This document shows, piece after piece, positions 44,672 to 54,952 of a stretch of DNA of 64,000 nt. The notes under the pieces are model-generated. The model was not told the DNA's origin and did no database searches. It was given only the letters and a program-made list of their open reading frames with translations. Source of the DNA: Candidatus Nomurabacteria bacterium (GTDB taxonomy: Bacteria; Patescibacteriota; Minisyncoccia; Phycocordibacterales; UBA9973); NCBI GenBank assembly GCA_026395915.1, contig JAPLXU010000011.1:15688-79687 (forward strand), written 5' to 3'. The position numbers and the translations under genes are program-made. Positions within the stretch are counted from its first letter, which is position 1; each line of letters opens with the position of its first letter.

Positions 44672-47092
44672 CTATTTGCCAGCCAATGCCATAATTATCT
44701 TTATAACCGTATCGGGATTGAGAGACATGCTTTCTATTCCTTCTTCCACAAGAAACTTGGCAAATTCTGGATAATCAGACGGCGCTTGACCGCAAATGCC
44801 TATGTACTTCCCTTTTTCTTTGCACTTGTGAATGATTTGCGCGACAAGTTTTTTCACGGCAGGATTATTTTCATTCGCAATATGAGTGACTATTCCGGAG
44901 TCGCGATCAAGTCCGAGTGTAAGCTGAGTCAAGTCATTGGAACCGATGGACATGCCGTCAAAAATTTCAAGATACTCGTCAGCCAAAAGAATGTTCGAAG
45001 GAATCTCGCACATCACATAAATATGCAAATTCTTGTCATTCTCGCGATTCAAGCCATATTCTTTCATCACCTCTACCACTTGTTTGCCTTCCTCTGGCGT
45101 TCGACAAAACGGAATCATCGGAACCACGTTAGTCAGACCCATATCTCCTCGCACACGCTTCATGGCAACACATTCAAGACCGAAAGCATCTTTGAATTTT
45201 GGATCATAATAACGAGACGCTCCACGCCAGCCGATCATTGGATTTTCTTCGTGTGGTTCATACATGTCTCCGCCGAGCAAAGTGCGGTATTCGTTTGTCT
45301 TGAAATCTGAAAAACGAATGATAACTTTGTTTGGATAAAATGCCGCGCCTATTTTTGCAATTCCTAAAGCTAGATTGTCCACATAATATTGCGCTTTGTC
45401 GTCGTCCCTGTAGAGAGGCGTCAGTTCATCAATTTTCTTTAGGATTTTTTTCAGTTCCGGAGTTTTCTTTCCGGCTTTTAATTTTTTGTAATCAATCAGA
45501 ACATTTGGGTGAACACCGATATGTTCGGCAATAATAAATTCCAATCTGCCCAAACCGACTCCTTCCGTGGGAAGATTATAATTTTTGAAAGCTTCATCAG
45601 GTGAACCGATGTTCACCATTATTTTCGTCTCCACTTTAGGTATCTTATCCAAATGGTGTTCTATGATTTCAAAAGGAAGAATACCGTCATAAACGTTACC
45701 AACATTGCCAGAAGAACAATCTATAGTCACATCCCGCCCGTTTTTGAGCGCTTTTGTGGCGTTGCCGGAGCCGACAATACAAGGAATACCAAGCTCACGC
45801 GACACGATAGCAGCATGAGAAGTGCGTCCACCTTCATCCGTGACAATGGCGCTCGCGATTTTCATAATAGGCTCCCAATCTGGATCGGTGATTTCCGTCA
45901 CCAACACCTCGCCTTTTTTAAACGCGTTGATATTTTTTGCATTGTGCAAAACACGGACTTTCCCTGCTCCGATTTTTGATCCGACTGCAATACCCTTCAC
46001 GAGTTTATTGCTTGTACCTTTCAGTCGATATTCTTTCAGAACATTTTTGTCTTCTGCTGAAGCGACTGTCTCCGGACGAGCTTGAACAATGTATAACTCC
46101 CCTGTCTTTCCGTCTTTTGCCCATTCGATATCCATCGGCTCGTAATGTCCATTTCTCTTGGAGAAATATTTTTCTATCTGATAGCACCACTTTGCAAGCT
46201 TCAAAACTTCTTCGTCTGTAAGACTGAATTTCTGTTGATCTTTTAAGGCGACTTTTTCTTCTTTTGTGCCGTTTTTCGCGTAGACAAGTTTAATATTCTT
46301 CTTACCGAGATTTTTGGTAATTATGGGATACTTGCTACCGTTATCGAGTGTCGTTTTGAAAATTATAAATTCGTCGGGAATAACTTTGCCTTGCACGATA
46401 AATTCGCCCAGTCCATAAATGCCAGTTATCACGATCACTTTGTCAAAACCAGTTTCAGTATCAATCGTAAACGCCACTCCGGAGACAGCCAAGTCCGATC
46501 GCACCATGCATTGAATACCGACAGAAAGCGCGACGTCAAAATGCGAGAAACCTTTGTCTGCGCGATAAGAAATAGCTCGGTCAGTAAAAAGCGAAGCGAT
46601 ACATTTTTTTGTCGCCACCAATACGTTTTCTATGCCGTGAACATTCAGATAAGTCTCTTGTTGGCCAGCAAATGAAGCACCAGGTAGGTCTTCGGCTGTG
46701 GCAGAAGAACGGACAGCAACATCAGAATTTTCACCATATTTTTTCCCCAACTCCGCGTACTCTCTCGTAATTGCGTCCTGAAGATCTTGAGGCAGAGTTG
46801 ATTTTAATATCTCTTCGCGAACTTTTTTGCCACGAACTTGAAGATTGCGAATGTCTTTTGTGTTAAGGTCGACGAGAATTCCTTTTATTTTTTCGTCCAA
46901 ACCGGTATCTTTAAAAAAATGGCGATAAGCGTCTGCTGTCAGAGCAAAACCATCCGGCACTTTGACGCCAAGCGGTGTAAGATTGGAATACATTTCTCCG
47001 AGAGCGGCGTTTTTCCCGCCCACTGAAGAAACATCATCAATGCCAACATTGCTGAACCACTTTATAAATTTTTCTGTTTTTTCTTCTACCAT
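44672..47092 (-). CDS. ppsA: Phosphoenolpyruvate synthase
   Basis: VGGKNA.LGEM, AVRSSATAED, GGRTSHAAI, SIGSNDLTQ. Confidence 0.97.
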   Translation of the reverse strand: MVEEKTEKFIKWFSNVGIDDVSSVGGKNAALGEMYSNLTPLGVKVPDGFALTADAYRHFFKDTGLDEKIKGILVDLNTKDIRNLQVRGKKVREEILKSTLPQDLQDAITREYAELGKKYGENSDVAVRSSATAEDLPGASFAGQQETYLNVHGIENVLVATKKCIASLFTDRAISYRADKGFSHFDVALSVGIQCMVRSDLAVSGVAFTIDTETGFDKVIVITGIYGLGEFIVQGKVIPDEFIIFKTTLDNGSKYPIITKNLGKKNIKLVYAKNGTKEEKVALKDQQKFSLTDEEVLKLAKWCYQIEKYFSKRNGHYEPMDIEWAKDGKTGELYIVQARPETVASAEDKNVLKEYRLKGTSNKLVKGIAVGSKIGAGKVRVLHNAKNINAFKKGEVLVTEITDPDWEPIMKIASAIVTDEGGRTSHAAIVSRELGIPCIVGSGNATKALKNGRDVTIDCSSGNVGNVYDGILPFEIIEHHLDKIPKVETKIMVNIGSPDEAFKNYNLPTEGVGLGRLEFIIAEHIGVHPNVLIDYKKLKAGKKTPELKKILKKIDELTPLYRDDDKAQYYVDNLALGIAKIGAAFYPNKVIIRFSDFKTNEYRTLLGGDMYEPHEENPMIGWRGASRYYDPKFKDAFGLECVAMKRVRGDMGLTNVVPMIPFCRTPEEGKQVVEVMKEYGLNRENDKNLHIYVMCEIPSNILLADEYLEIFDGMSIGSNDLTQLTLGLDRDSGIVTHIANENNPAVKKLVAQIIHKCKEKGKYIGICGQAPSDYPEFAKFLVEEGIESMSLNPDTVIKIIMALAGK

Positions 47093-47160
47093 AAATAATT
47101 TGTTTTACATTAATAATAATTTGTTAAAATATGTAGATATTGTAGCATATTTTTATATTC

Positions 47161-47778
47161 TCAACCTAATTTAACTTCCTCTCCATCACCCATAAAAGTA
47201 TATTCACCATCTTCAACCAATATCCCTTGCCCGTCTCTCAGGATTTTAACTGGATATTCTATGATTTGCAATTTTTCTTTGTATTCTTTTTCTTGCTCAT
47301 CTTTATAATGACATTTTATTAAAAACGGTACAAAATTTAGACTTATTAATTTGTTTTCGGAAGTATTATCTGGAACATGTGAACTAAACCCAATTGTCGG
47401 TCCCATAATTGACGAACCAGCACTCGTGCCAATATACACCTTACCTTCACTAAGTAATTCATTAATAATTTTATCAAAACCAGTTTCTTTAATTGCTTTC
47501 AATAAATAAAAAGTATTACCACCCTCCATGTGAATAACATTTTTATCTTTAAAAAATTCTTTTAATTCTTTCTTTGTTTTATTTTCTATATCAATTTCTT
47601 CTAGATTATAACCGTCCTCTTCTATTTGTTTTTTGAAGATTTTTATATAATCTGTATTGGAAACACCTTTAGAAGCAGTAGTAACATAACCAATTTTCAT
47701 TTGGCCTTTTGGAATACCAGTTAAGTCATAACCGTATTTTAATAAAAAACTTAAATCTGAAGCAAGAATTAATTTCAT
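47161..47778 (-). CDS. Peptidase S51 (dipeptidase E-like)
   Basis: EGGNTFYLL, YIGTSAGS, downstream His. Confidence 0.85.
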   Translation of the reverse strand: MKLILASDLSFLLKYGYDLTGIPKGQMKIGYVTTASKGVSNTDYIKIFKKQIEEDGYNLEEIDIENKTKKELKEFFKDKNVIHMEGGNTFYLLKAIKETGFDKIINELLSEGKVYIGTSAGSSIMGPTIGFSSHVPDNTSENKLISLNFVPFLIKCHYKDEQEKEYKEKLQIIEYPVKILRDGQGILVEDGEYTFMGDGEEVKLG

Positions 47779-47826
47779 ATGTTTACCATTATACTAGTAA
47801 TACAAAAGATATCCACCGTTTATATC

Positions 47827-47955
47827 TTGCGCAGACAACTCTTTTATGTTATATTCTCTGTATGCCTGTGGGCGCAAGCCCCGTTCAGCTAAGGTATTCC
47901 TAAGCTGAAGCCAGGCATAATAAAAAACACCTCGTATTTGAGGCGTTTTTTATTT
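47827..47955 (+). ncRNA. Candidate small structured RNA with its own promoter and terminator
   Basis: TTGCGC-N17-TATATT with extended TG; three-way junction at 47861-47919; terminator AATAAAAAACACCTC..GAGGCGTTTTTTATT. Confidence 0.5.
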
Positions 47956-49530
47956 TAATCTTCTTCAATCCCTTCTATAAACATTTTTTGTTCTCCATTC
48001 CTTATTTTTGAATAAGGCATAACGCTCCAAAAAATAACATTGCCATCTCCAACTCTTCGTAATATAGTTTTTATCTTTCTTGATTTTTCCCCAACAATTG
48101 CAACAAGTCCCCAAAACTCAACTTCTTTCATTTTTACAAATCCGTCTTGTTTTGATTTTTTACCAATAGGCATTAATATTTTTCTATATTCTTGAATGGT
48201 TCCCGACTTCTCTATTATCTCTAATGCAAGTGGCATGAGACGAAATTTTAGAAACTGTTCATTTTTATTTCTTTCTCTACGACTTGAAAATTGCAAATGA
48301 TGAAAACCCGAGTTCAATAAATAATTGCAACACTTCAAGTAAAATTGAAGCATGCGAAAACAATCAAAACAGAAAAGAGTATTTGAACGAATCAGTTTCA
48401 AGGAACGAGTGATCATTGAAAACAGATATTGTGTAGACAAAAAGATGATAACGGATATCGCTAAAGAGTTAGATCGTCCAAAATCAGCCATCAGTCGGGA
48501 AATTGGAGGCAAACCACGTATCGGCAGAGGAAAGTATTCGGCTGATGCGAGACAAGCCGAAGTGGAGAAAAAGAGAAGCAATCAAGGCAGAAGAAGCAGA
48601 TTGGACTATGCGCCTCTTCGAGACTATGTTGTGACAAAACTGAAACTTGGTTGGTCTCCAGAACAAATTGAAGTCAGACTACCGATAGAGTATCCAGAAG
48701 ACAAAATGATGCGAATATCGGATGAAGCGATCTATCAGTATGTTTACTCGCAGATACGCAGAAATGGAAATGGGAAAGTTAAGCCGGGATGTGAAGATTT
48801 AAGAATATATCTGCCTAGAAGGCATACCCGAAGAGCTAAGAAAGGCTTTAGAAAAGCTCAGAAACTAGAGAGAATTGAGAGTCTGCCCTCTATTGAAAAC
48901 AGACCGAGGGAAGCGGAGAAAAGAAAAATAGTTGGACACTAGGAAGATGATTGCATCGTTTCCAGACAGAGCAAGGAGAGAATCAAATCAATCAATGAAA
49001 GAGCAAGCGGAATTGTATTTCTTGGAAAAATGAAAGACGGAACAAGTGAAGAATCAACTCGAGTGGTTTGTGAAAAGTTAAATGCGATACCATCGCCGTA
49101 TTTGAAAACACTTACTCGAGACAGAGGAACAGAAAATATGAGTTGGCAGAGAATACAAACAGAACTTGGGATAGATATTTACTTTGCTCACGCATACGCT
49201 TCTTACGAGAGAGGTTCCAATGAAAATCTGAACGGTTTAGTTAGACGATTTTTTCCAAAGAAAACAGATTTTAGCAAAATTTCTGATGAGGAAATTCACA
49301 GAGTCGAATATCTGCTGAATACTCGCCCGAGAAAGAGATTTGGAGGAAAGACCCCGCTTGAGGTATTATTAGAACTTACTGGTGTTGCGTTAGAATATTG
49401 AATGTACCAAACCATCTGAATTTAAAATAATTCTTTTTTGAAAATATGGACAATAAATTTCTTTTTTATCCAAATACAACTTTTCGGTTTTTTCTTTTAT
49501 CTTAATGAACGATTCATGATTTATATCCAT
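47955..49530 (-). pseudogene. 156-aa hypothetical gene split by IS30
   Basis: N-part 49530-49409 (MDINHESF...YCPYFQKRIILNSDG) rejoins the C-part (FHHLQFSSRRER...) in frame once the IS and one AAA copy are removed. Confidence 0.85.
48307..49408 (+). mobile_element. IS30 family element (1102 bp); transposase 48352..49401 broken by an in-frame TAG at 48940-48942
   Basis: WSPEQI, EAIYQYVY, GH*EDD (vs GHWE.D), TRDRGTE, ERGSNENLNGLVRRFFPK, LNTRPRK; imperfect 28-bp IRs sharing TTCAATA-N7-GCAACAC; AAA target duplication. Confidence 0.93.
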
Positions 49531-49536
49531 AAAAAA

Positions 49537-50802
49537 TCATTCCTGCGATATCTTAATCAACCTTTGATATTTTACCATTCTTTCTGGTTTTATGGGAGAA
49601 CCGGCTTTGAGACCAAAACAACAGAAAGCATAGGCAAGATCGGCGATAAAATCATCGTCTGTCTCCCCGCTTCTGTGGCTGACAATAAGCTCAACGTCAT
49701 TTTCTCTCGCGAGTTGCATCGTTTCAAGCGTTTCTGTCAGAGTGCCAATCTGATTCGGCTTTATAATCATAGCATTTATACTTCTCTCTTCGATTGCTTT
49801 TTTGAGAAGAATTTTATTTGAGACAGTTAGATCATCTCCAACTACTAATAAATTCTTGTTTTCTTCTCTTAATTTTCTAAAATCCTCAAAATCTTCTTCA
49901 TCAAAAGAATCCTCAACGGAAAATAGATTAAATTCTTTTATCAAAGAATCATAAATTTTCATCAGATCTTCTTTGGTGATTTTTTTCCCATCAATTTCAT
50001 ACAACCCGTCCTTATAAAAAGACGACGAAGCCACATCGAGAGCCAACCTTGTCTTGTTTTCAAAATTATTTTCTTTAATAGCTTCAACCAAAAATTCAAG
50101 CGGTTTTCGTATGTCGGTTGTTTTCGGGGCAAAGCCTCCTTCGTCCCCCAACGCTAAAGATTCTTCGCCAAGTTCGCGAGTAATAATTTTTTTCAAACTA
50201 TCTTGAACCTTCAATCCAATTTCGCAAGCTTCCTTTGCATCGTCAATCATAGAAACAACATGGTATTCTTGAAAAGCTAAATTGTTTTTAGCATGTTTGC
50301 CGCCATTTATCAGATTCATGTAAAGATGAGGCGCTTTTCTTGCTTGCCCTGAACCTTGTTGAAGGGAAGGTTTTATTTTTGTTGATGCTTGCCCTGAGTC
50401 TAGTCGAATGGTTCGCAAATATTCAAAAACTTCCATACCGGAAACTTTTGCAGCAACTTTCGCCACGGCAATGCTGACACCAATCATGGAATTAGCTCCT
50501 AAATTGTCTTTATTGGAGGTGCCATCTAACTCAATCATTATTCCGTCGATTTCTTCTTGTTCCAAAACATTCTGACCAATCAAAAGTGGAGCAATCATAT
50601 TATTCACTTTCAAAATCGCATCTTTTACACCTTTTCCATCCTTATCTCGCAACTCATGCGCCTCATGAATACCTGTGCTTGCGCCGGATGGCACGGAAAA
50701 ACTGCCTGATTTGTCGCCGACAAAAACCGTCACTTTGATTGTCGGATTTCCTCGTGAATCTTTTATCTCTTCTGCTATTATTTTTGTAATATTATTTTGC
50801 AT
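49537..50802 (-). CDS. eno: Enolase with two short repeat inserts
   Basis: DSRGNPT, PSGASTG, GDEGGFAP, VVGDDL, KPNQIG, SHRSGET. Confidence 0.96.
   Translation of the reverse strand: MQNNITKIIAEEIKDSRGNPTIKVTVFVGDKSGSFSVPSGASTGIHEAHELRDKDGKGVKDAILKVNNMIAPLLIGQNVLEQEEIDGIMIELDGTSNKDNLGANSMIGVSIAVAKVAAKVSGMEVFEYLRTIRLDSGQASTKIKPSLQQGSGQARKAPHLYMNLINGGKHAKNNLAFQEYHVVSMIDDAKEACEIGLKVQDSLKKIITRELGEESLALGDEGGFAPKTTDIRKPLEFLVEAIKENNFENKTRLALDVASSSFYKDGLYEIDGKKITKEDLMKIYDSLIKEFNLFSVEDSFDEEDFEDFRKLREENKNLLVVGDDLTVSNKILLKKAIEERSINAMIIKPNQIGTLTETLETMQLARENDVELIVSHRSGETDDDFIADLAYAFCCFGLKAGSPIKPERMVKYQRLIKISQE
50342..50411 (-). repeat. Two related 25-bp REP-like copies in-frame in eno
   Basis: GCTTGCCCTGAACCTTGTTGAAGGG (50342-50366) and GCTTGCCCTGAGTCTAGTCGAATGG (50387-50411); both encode SGQA. 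Confidence 0.75.
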
Positions 50803-50812
50803 TCTTTCTATT

Positions 50813-51574
50813 TTACCATATTTTTGAAAGATTTACCCACATAGATTCAAATAGAAAATGAACAATCTCAAACATTAATTTATCTTCAATGAGCACAATC
50901 TTAATTGTGTTGTTGTCTTTTGAAATTAAACAGATATTATTCCCAAATAATGCCAAAACAGCAGGAATATTAAAGTCTTTGTCTAAGAAACGAAAATACC
51001 TCTGCTCCCCAATCATCTGACTAAATTTATTATATTGAAGAATCCTTTTATCAGTGATTGCATATGTAGTTGTTCCTTGTTTTAATCTTTTGACAGTGAG
51101 AAGTCGATAAAGGTTCTTTTCTCCAATTATAGACAAAAGAGTTTCTATCGATCCTATCCAATAAATATCTTTTTTGACTTCCAGTATTTTGTCTATTACG
51201 AATTTAGAACCTTCTTCTCCTTCGTAATTATAAACTTTAGAATTGGTACCGTTCTTTTCAATCATATTCCCAAGTTTAAACACTAATTCTCTAACTATTT
51301 CTTCTTCTTGATTTATCTTTTCTTTTTTCTTTTGAATATATCTCTTTAGGGATTGTTTGGGTGATAATGCCGTTATGTATTTTTTTGATTTCTTAACTTC
51401 GTAAGCTATCAGACCTTTTTGTTTTAATTTTTCCAAATAAAAATATATCGTGGCTCTTTTAAGTCCCGTATGTTTAACTAAACTTGTTGGTGTATTTAAT
51501 TCCTCTTGTAGGCAAGCAAGGTAAACGTTTATTTCCTTTTCTTCAAATCCTAATTCTTTTAGCTGTTTTTCCAT
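50813..51574 (-). CDS. TrmB family transcriptional regulator
   Basis: LKELGFEEKEINVYLACL..TGLKRATIY..LEKL..KGL; YEGEEG. Confidence 0.85.
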   Translation of the reverse strand: MEKQLKELGFEEKEINVYLACLQEELNTPTSLVKHTGLKRATIYFYLEKLKQKGLIAYEVKKSKKYITALSPKQSLKRYIQKKKEKINQEEEIVRELVFKLGNMIEKNGTNSKVYNYEGEEGSKFVIDKILEVKKDIYWIGSIETLLSIIGEKNLYRLLTVKRLKQGTTTYAITDKRILQYNKFSQMIGEQRYFRFLDKDFNIPAVLALFGNNICLISKDNNTIKIVLIEDKLMFEIVHFLFESMWVNLSKIW

Positions 51575-51739
51575 ATTAATGTCGACATTTATTGACACCA
51601 TTAGTATATACTAAAACCTATATTTTGCAAGTGTAAATATAGATAATGAAACAAATTAAACATTTCTGTAAAAATATCTTTGACACTATGTTGCTATAAG
51701 CATTAAATAATAATGAAGTTCCAAAATAGTGAAAAAAAT

Positions 51740-52165
51740 ATGAAAACAGTTCTTGTTTGTGATCGGCAAGTCCAAATGCCATCACCCGTATACATTATTC
51801 CTGAAACGATGCAAATCTCGGAAGAGACTAACACCATTTCGGGAAAATGCTTGTTCCCATCATCTGATCCGTCGGTCGGCGACCGCAAGGATCATGCAAA
51901 CGTCTGCCATGAAATGTTCACAGTTTGGAACTGTGCTTACGTCTGGGCAGAAAGAAAGGGCTGGGGTCGGCTCTTTGTCATTGAATCACATCAAAGCATC
52001 AGGAGGATGACACCCCCTGACACGGAAATTGACTTCGTGGTTAAGTTGAAGAAGGCGACAAAACGAGGCAACCGTGTCATCGGTTCCGCCGAGGCTAAAT
52101 TCAGCCTCAAAGGAATGACCCTATCCCTGATCGTTGTTGACAAGTTCGCCAATAAGAAGGTCTGA
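51740..52165 (+). CDS. Possible hot-dog-fold (thioesterase/dehydratase-like) protein
   Basis: DHAN...WNCAY and TPPDTEIDFVV pattern; divergent from TrmB; hairpin downstream. Confidence 0.45.
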   Translation: MKTVLVCDRQVQMPSPVYIIPETMQISEETNTISGKCLFPSSDPSVGDRKDHANVCHEMFTVWNCAYVWAERKGWGRLFVIESHQSIRRMTPPDTEIDFVVKLKKATKRGNRVIGSAEAKFSLKGMTLSLIVVDKFANKKV

Positions 52166-52238
52166 AGTTATCTCATCGCACCCCTTACCTCTGGTCGGTT
52201 TCCGACCAAGTAGGGGGTTTAAGTTTTATATGCAAATA

Positions 52239-53525
52239 TTATTTCTTCGTCAATAAAATCATCAAGTCGGAAACGTTCGCGCCAGTCGGACCTGTCATAA
52301 TCAAATCGCCTGTCTTTTGGAAAAAATTATACGAATCAAATCTCGCCAAATAATCATCTGCATTTAAATTCAGTTTCTCAGCTTTTTCAAGTGTACTTAT
52401 ATCCACAACTGCTCCAGCAACATCGCTATTGTCCATGCCATCGCTCGCAAGCGATATAAATACTGAATCTTGAAAATCTTTTTTATTAATCGTCAACATT
52501 TTGATTGCCTGAAGCCCCATGTGAAGATTCCTGCCTCCCTTCCCGCCTTTAACACTGACATGAATAGATGGTTCGCCAGCAGCTAAGATAACAGAATTTT
52601 CTTTTTTCTCAGAAAATATTTTTTTGACCGCGCTACTAATTTCATCATACAGATCGGTCGAAATAATATCAGTTTTTAAGCCTAATTCTTTCGCTTTTTT
52701 ATCCATTGCCTCCACGGCTGTTATGTTTGAAACAAGCGCAAAATTATGGACTTTCTCAAAATATTTGTCTTCTTTAATGGTTTCCAGCAAATCAAATCTC
52801 CCCAGTCCGCTTTCATTAATAATCTTTTCCGCGTCCAAAACAGTGCTTCGATCCTTGTAAGTTGGTCCAGACGAAACATCTTCAAAATGATTCCCGGGGA
52901 TATCGGAAAAAACAAGTCCAATTACTGTCGCTGGAAAAGCTATTTTCGCAAGACCTCCGCCTTTCAAAATAGACAGATGTTTACGAACGGTATTCAATTC
53001 TTCTATGGTCTTCCCGGCTTTTAGGAATTCATCATAAAATTTTATGCCTTGCGCGCATTCTTCATCCGAGTAACACAAGAGAGCCGAACCTCCACCGGAA
53101 ACAAGAACGATAACCAAATCTTCTTCACTTGAATTTTCAACTATTTCATAGATTTTTTTCCCGGCAATCACGTTTGCGTGACTAGGTTTCGGATGAGTGC
53201 CTTCAAAAGTCTCTATATATTTGAGATTCGTTTTATGAAGCCCGATCACGGCGCCCTCTGTTATTTTTGAACCTAAAATTTCTTCGAGAGCGCGAGCTGC
53301 GTCAATAGACGCCTTGCCAAAACCGACAACTTTTATTTTTTTGAATTTAGACAAGTCAAAACTTTCTCCGAGAACGCTCAAAATGTTATCTTGCAGTTTG
53401 ACAGAATTTATAATCACGTTTTCGGTATTAATAGCAACCAGCCCAGCTTCGGCTATAGACAAAGCTAATTTGCGATTCTCTGTCGTTGCTAATTTATCAA
53501 AATTCTTAATCAGATTTTCCATCAT
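52239..53525 (-). CDS. Glycerate 2-kinase (MOFRL/DUF4147 family)
   Basis: GFGKAS, HPKP, SGGGSAL, VRKHLS.LKGGGL, GGRN, SDGMD, TGPTGANVSD. Confidence 0.9.
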   Translation of the reverse strand: MMENLIKNFDKLATTENRKLALSIAEAGLVAINTENVIINSVKLQDNILSVLGESFDLSKFKKIKVVGFGKASIDAARALEEILGSKITEGAVIGLHKTNLKYIETFEGTHPKPSHANVIAGKKIYEIVENSSEEDLVIVLVSGGGSALLCYSDEECAQGIKFYDEFLKAGKTIEELNTVRKHLSILKGGGLAKIAFPATVIGLVFSDIPGNHFEDVSSGPTYKDRSTVLDAEKIINESGLGRFDLLETIKEDKYFEKVHNFALVSNITAVEAMDKKAKELGLKTDIISTDLYDEISSAVKKIFSEKKENSVILAAGEPSIHVSVKGGKGGRNLHMGLQAIKMLTINKKDFQDSVFISLASDGMDNSDVAGAVVDISTLEKAEKLNLNADDYLARFDSYNFFQKTGDLIMTGPTGANVSDLMILLTKK

Positions 53526-53527
53526 TA

Positions 53528-54541
53528 TTACTTTACAAGATTAATAGGATTATTATCAATAAAACCTTTTATGTTAGCAATCGTCGTCTTGAATATTTCA
53601 GAAACTGCTTCACGAGTATAGAAAGCGATATGAGGAGTAATGATGACATTAGGCATTTCCATAAGGACATGATCCTCGAGCATGGTTTTGTAATCATTCG
53701 TCCTAGCCAATCTAGAAGAAGAAGTGAGAAGCTCCATCTCGTCTTTTAATTCATTCTCGCCTTCTAAAACATCAAGACCAGCTCCAGCTATAATGCCCTC
53801 TTTCAAGCCCCAAACTAGAGCATCGGTATCAATAAGTTCTCCACGAGCAGTATTTACCAGAAGAACTCCTTTTTTCATCGTAGAAATATTATTTTTGTTT
53901 ATTAAATGAACATTTTCTTTTGTTGAAGGGGCATGAAGGGTTATTATGTCAGATTGCGAAATAACTTCTTCAAAAGTTTTATATTGAAAATTATTTTCTT
54001 TAGCAAAAACTAAATCTGGATATAGATCGTAAGCTATTACATTTATTCCAAAACCTTTGGCAATTTTCAAAACATTCTTTCCGATCTTTCCTGTTCCAAT
54101 AATTCCTAATGTTTTATCTACCAAATCAAAACCCTCCATTTCCAGAAAATAATTGAAATCAGATTTTTCTTTTATATAATTATTTGCTTTTAAAATATTT
54201 CTTGAAAGATTCAAGATAAGCCCAAAAGCGAATTCTGCCACTGTATGAGAACCATAAGCTGGCACATTTGAAACTTTTATGCCTTTGGTTTGCGCATACT
54301 CGCAATCAATATTGTTGTACCCTGTGGCGCGCGTAGCAATAAACTTTAGATTTGGCAAGGCATCGATAACTTTTTTATTTACTACAGAATTAACGAAGAC
54401 ACAAACGACATCAGAATCTTTCGCTTTTTCTGTATTGTTTTCGTCTAATTTTCCCTCAATAAAAGAAATATCTGCACCATTAAAAGACTGAGAAAAAAAT
54501 GACTGATCTACTTTTTCTACTCCAAAAAATGTTATTTTCAT
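53528..54541 (-). CDS. D-isomer-specific 2-hydroxyacid dehydrogenase (LdhA/HprA-like)
   Basis: RATGYNNID, GIIGTGKIG, NTARG, LDVLEGE, TPHIAF. Confidence 0.92.
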   Translation of the reverse strand: MKITFFGVEKVDQSFFSQSFNGADISFIEGKLDENNTEKAKDSDVVCVFVNSVVNKKVIDALPNLKFIATRATGYNNIDCEYAQTKGIKVSNVPAYGSHTVAEFAFGLILNLSRNILKANNYIKEKSDFNYFLEMEGFDLVDKTLGIIGTGKIGKNVLKIAKGFGINVIAYDLYPDLVFAKENNFQYKTFEEVISQSDIITLHAPSTKENVHLINKNNISTMKKGVLLVNTARGELIDTDALVWGLKEGIIAGAGLDVLEGENELKDEMELLTSSSRLARTNDYKTMLEDHVLMEMPNVIITPHIAFYTREAVSEIFKTTIANIKGFIDNNPINLVK

Positions 54542-54558
54542 AACCTCATTGTATCATA

Positions 54559-54933
54559 TTACTTAAAAAAATTCCTCAAAAAAGAAAAGAAACCTCCTGA
54601 TTCTTGTTTTGGAACTGCGGGCGGGGTTTTGTCATCAACTATCACGATCACATTTTCCCCTTCTTTTGCCACCGGAAATTTCTCACGAATGCTTTCCTCC
54701 ACACCATTTTCCGTCTTTAATTTTGAAATATCTGTTGAAAGTTTTTCTTTCTCTTTCTCTAATTCAGTAACTTTGTTTTCCGCGATCTTTCTATTTTCTG
54801 TCGTTATCTGCATTTTCCCCATAAACCGGACTACTCCATAAGCAAAAACGAACAGTAAAATGACTAACAACGTCAAAAATGGCCTCGAATGCAAAATATT
54901 CCTAAATCCCCTTTTTTGTTGAAAACTTTTCAT
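54559..54933 (-). CDS. Septum formation initiator FtsB/DivIC family
   Basis: TM plus coiled coil; EESIREKF..AKEGE.VI. Confidence 0.8.
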   Translation of the reverse strand: MKSFQQKRGFRNILHSRPFLTLLVILLFVFAYGVVRFMGKMQITTENRKIAENKVTELEKEKEKLSTDISKLKTENGVEESIREKFPVAKEGENVIVIVDDKTPPAVPKQESGGFFSFLRNFFK

Positions 54934-54952
54934 AGTATGATATGATAAGTAT

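Noticed and set aside
47955-48581. 208-aa ORF in the track
   Set aside because: Chimera of IS30 antisense sequence and the C-terminal half of the disrupted gene.
48940-48942. TAG read-through or alternative genetic code
   Set aside because: TAG and TGA end many intact genes here; a single TGG>TAG change explains it.
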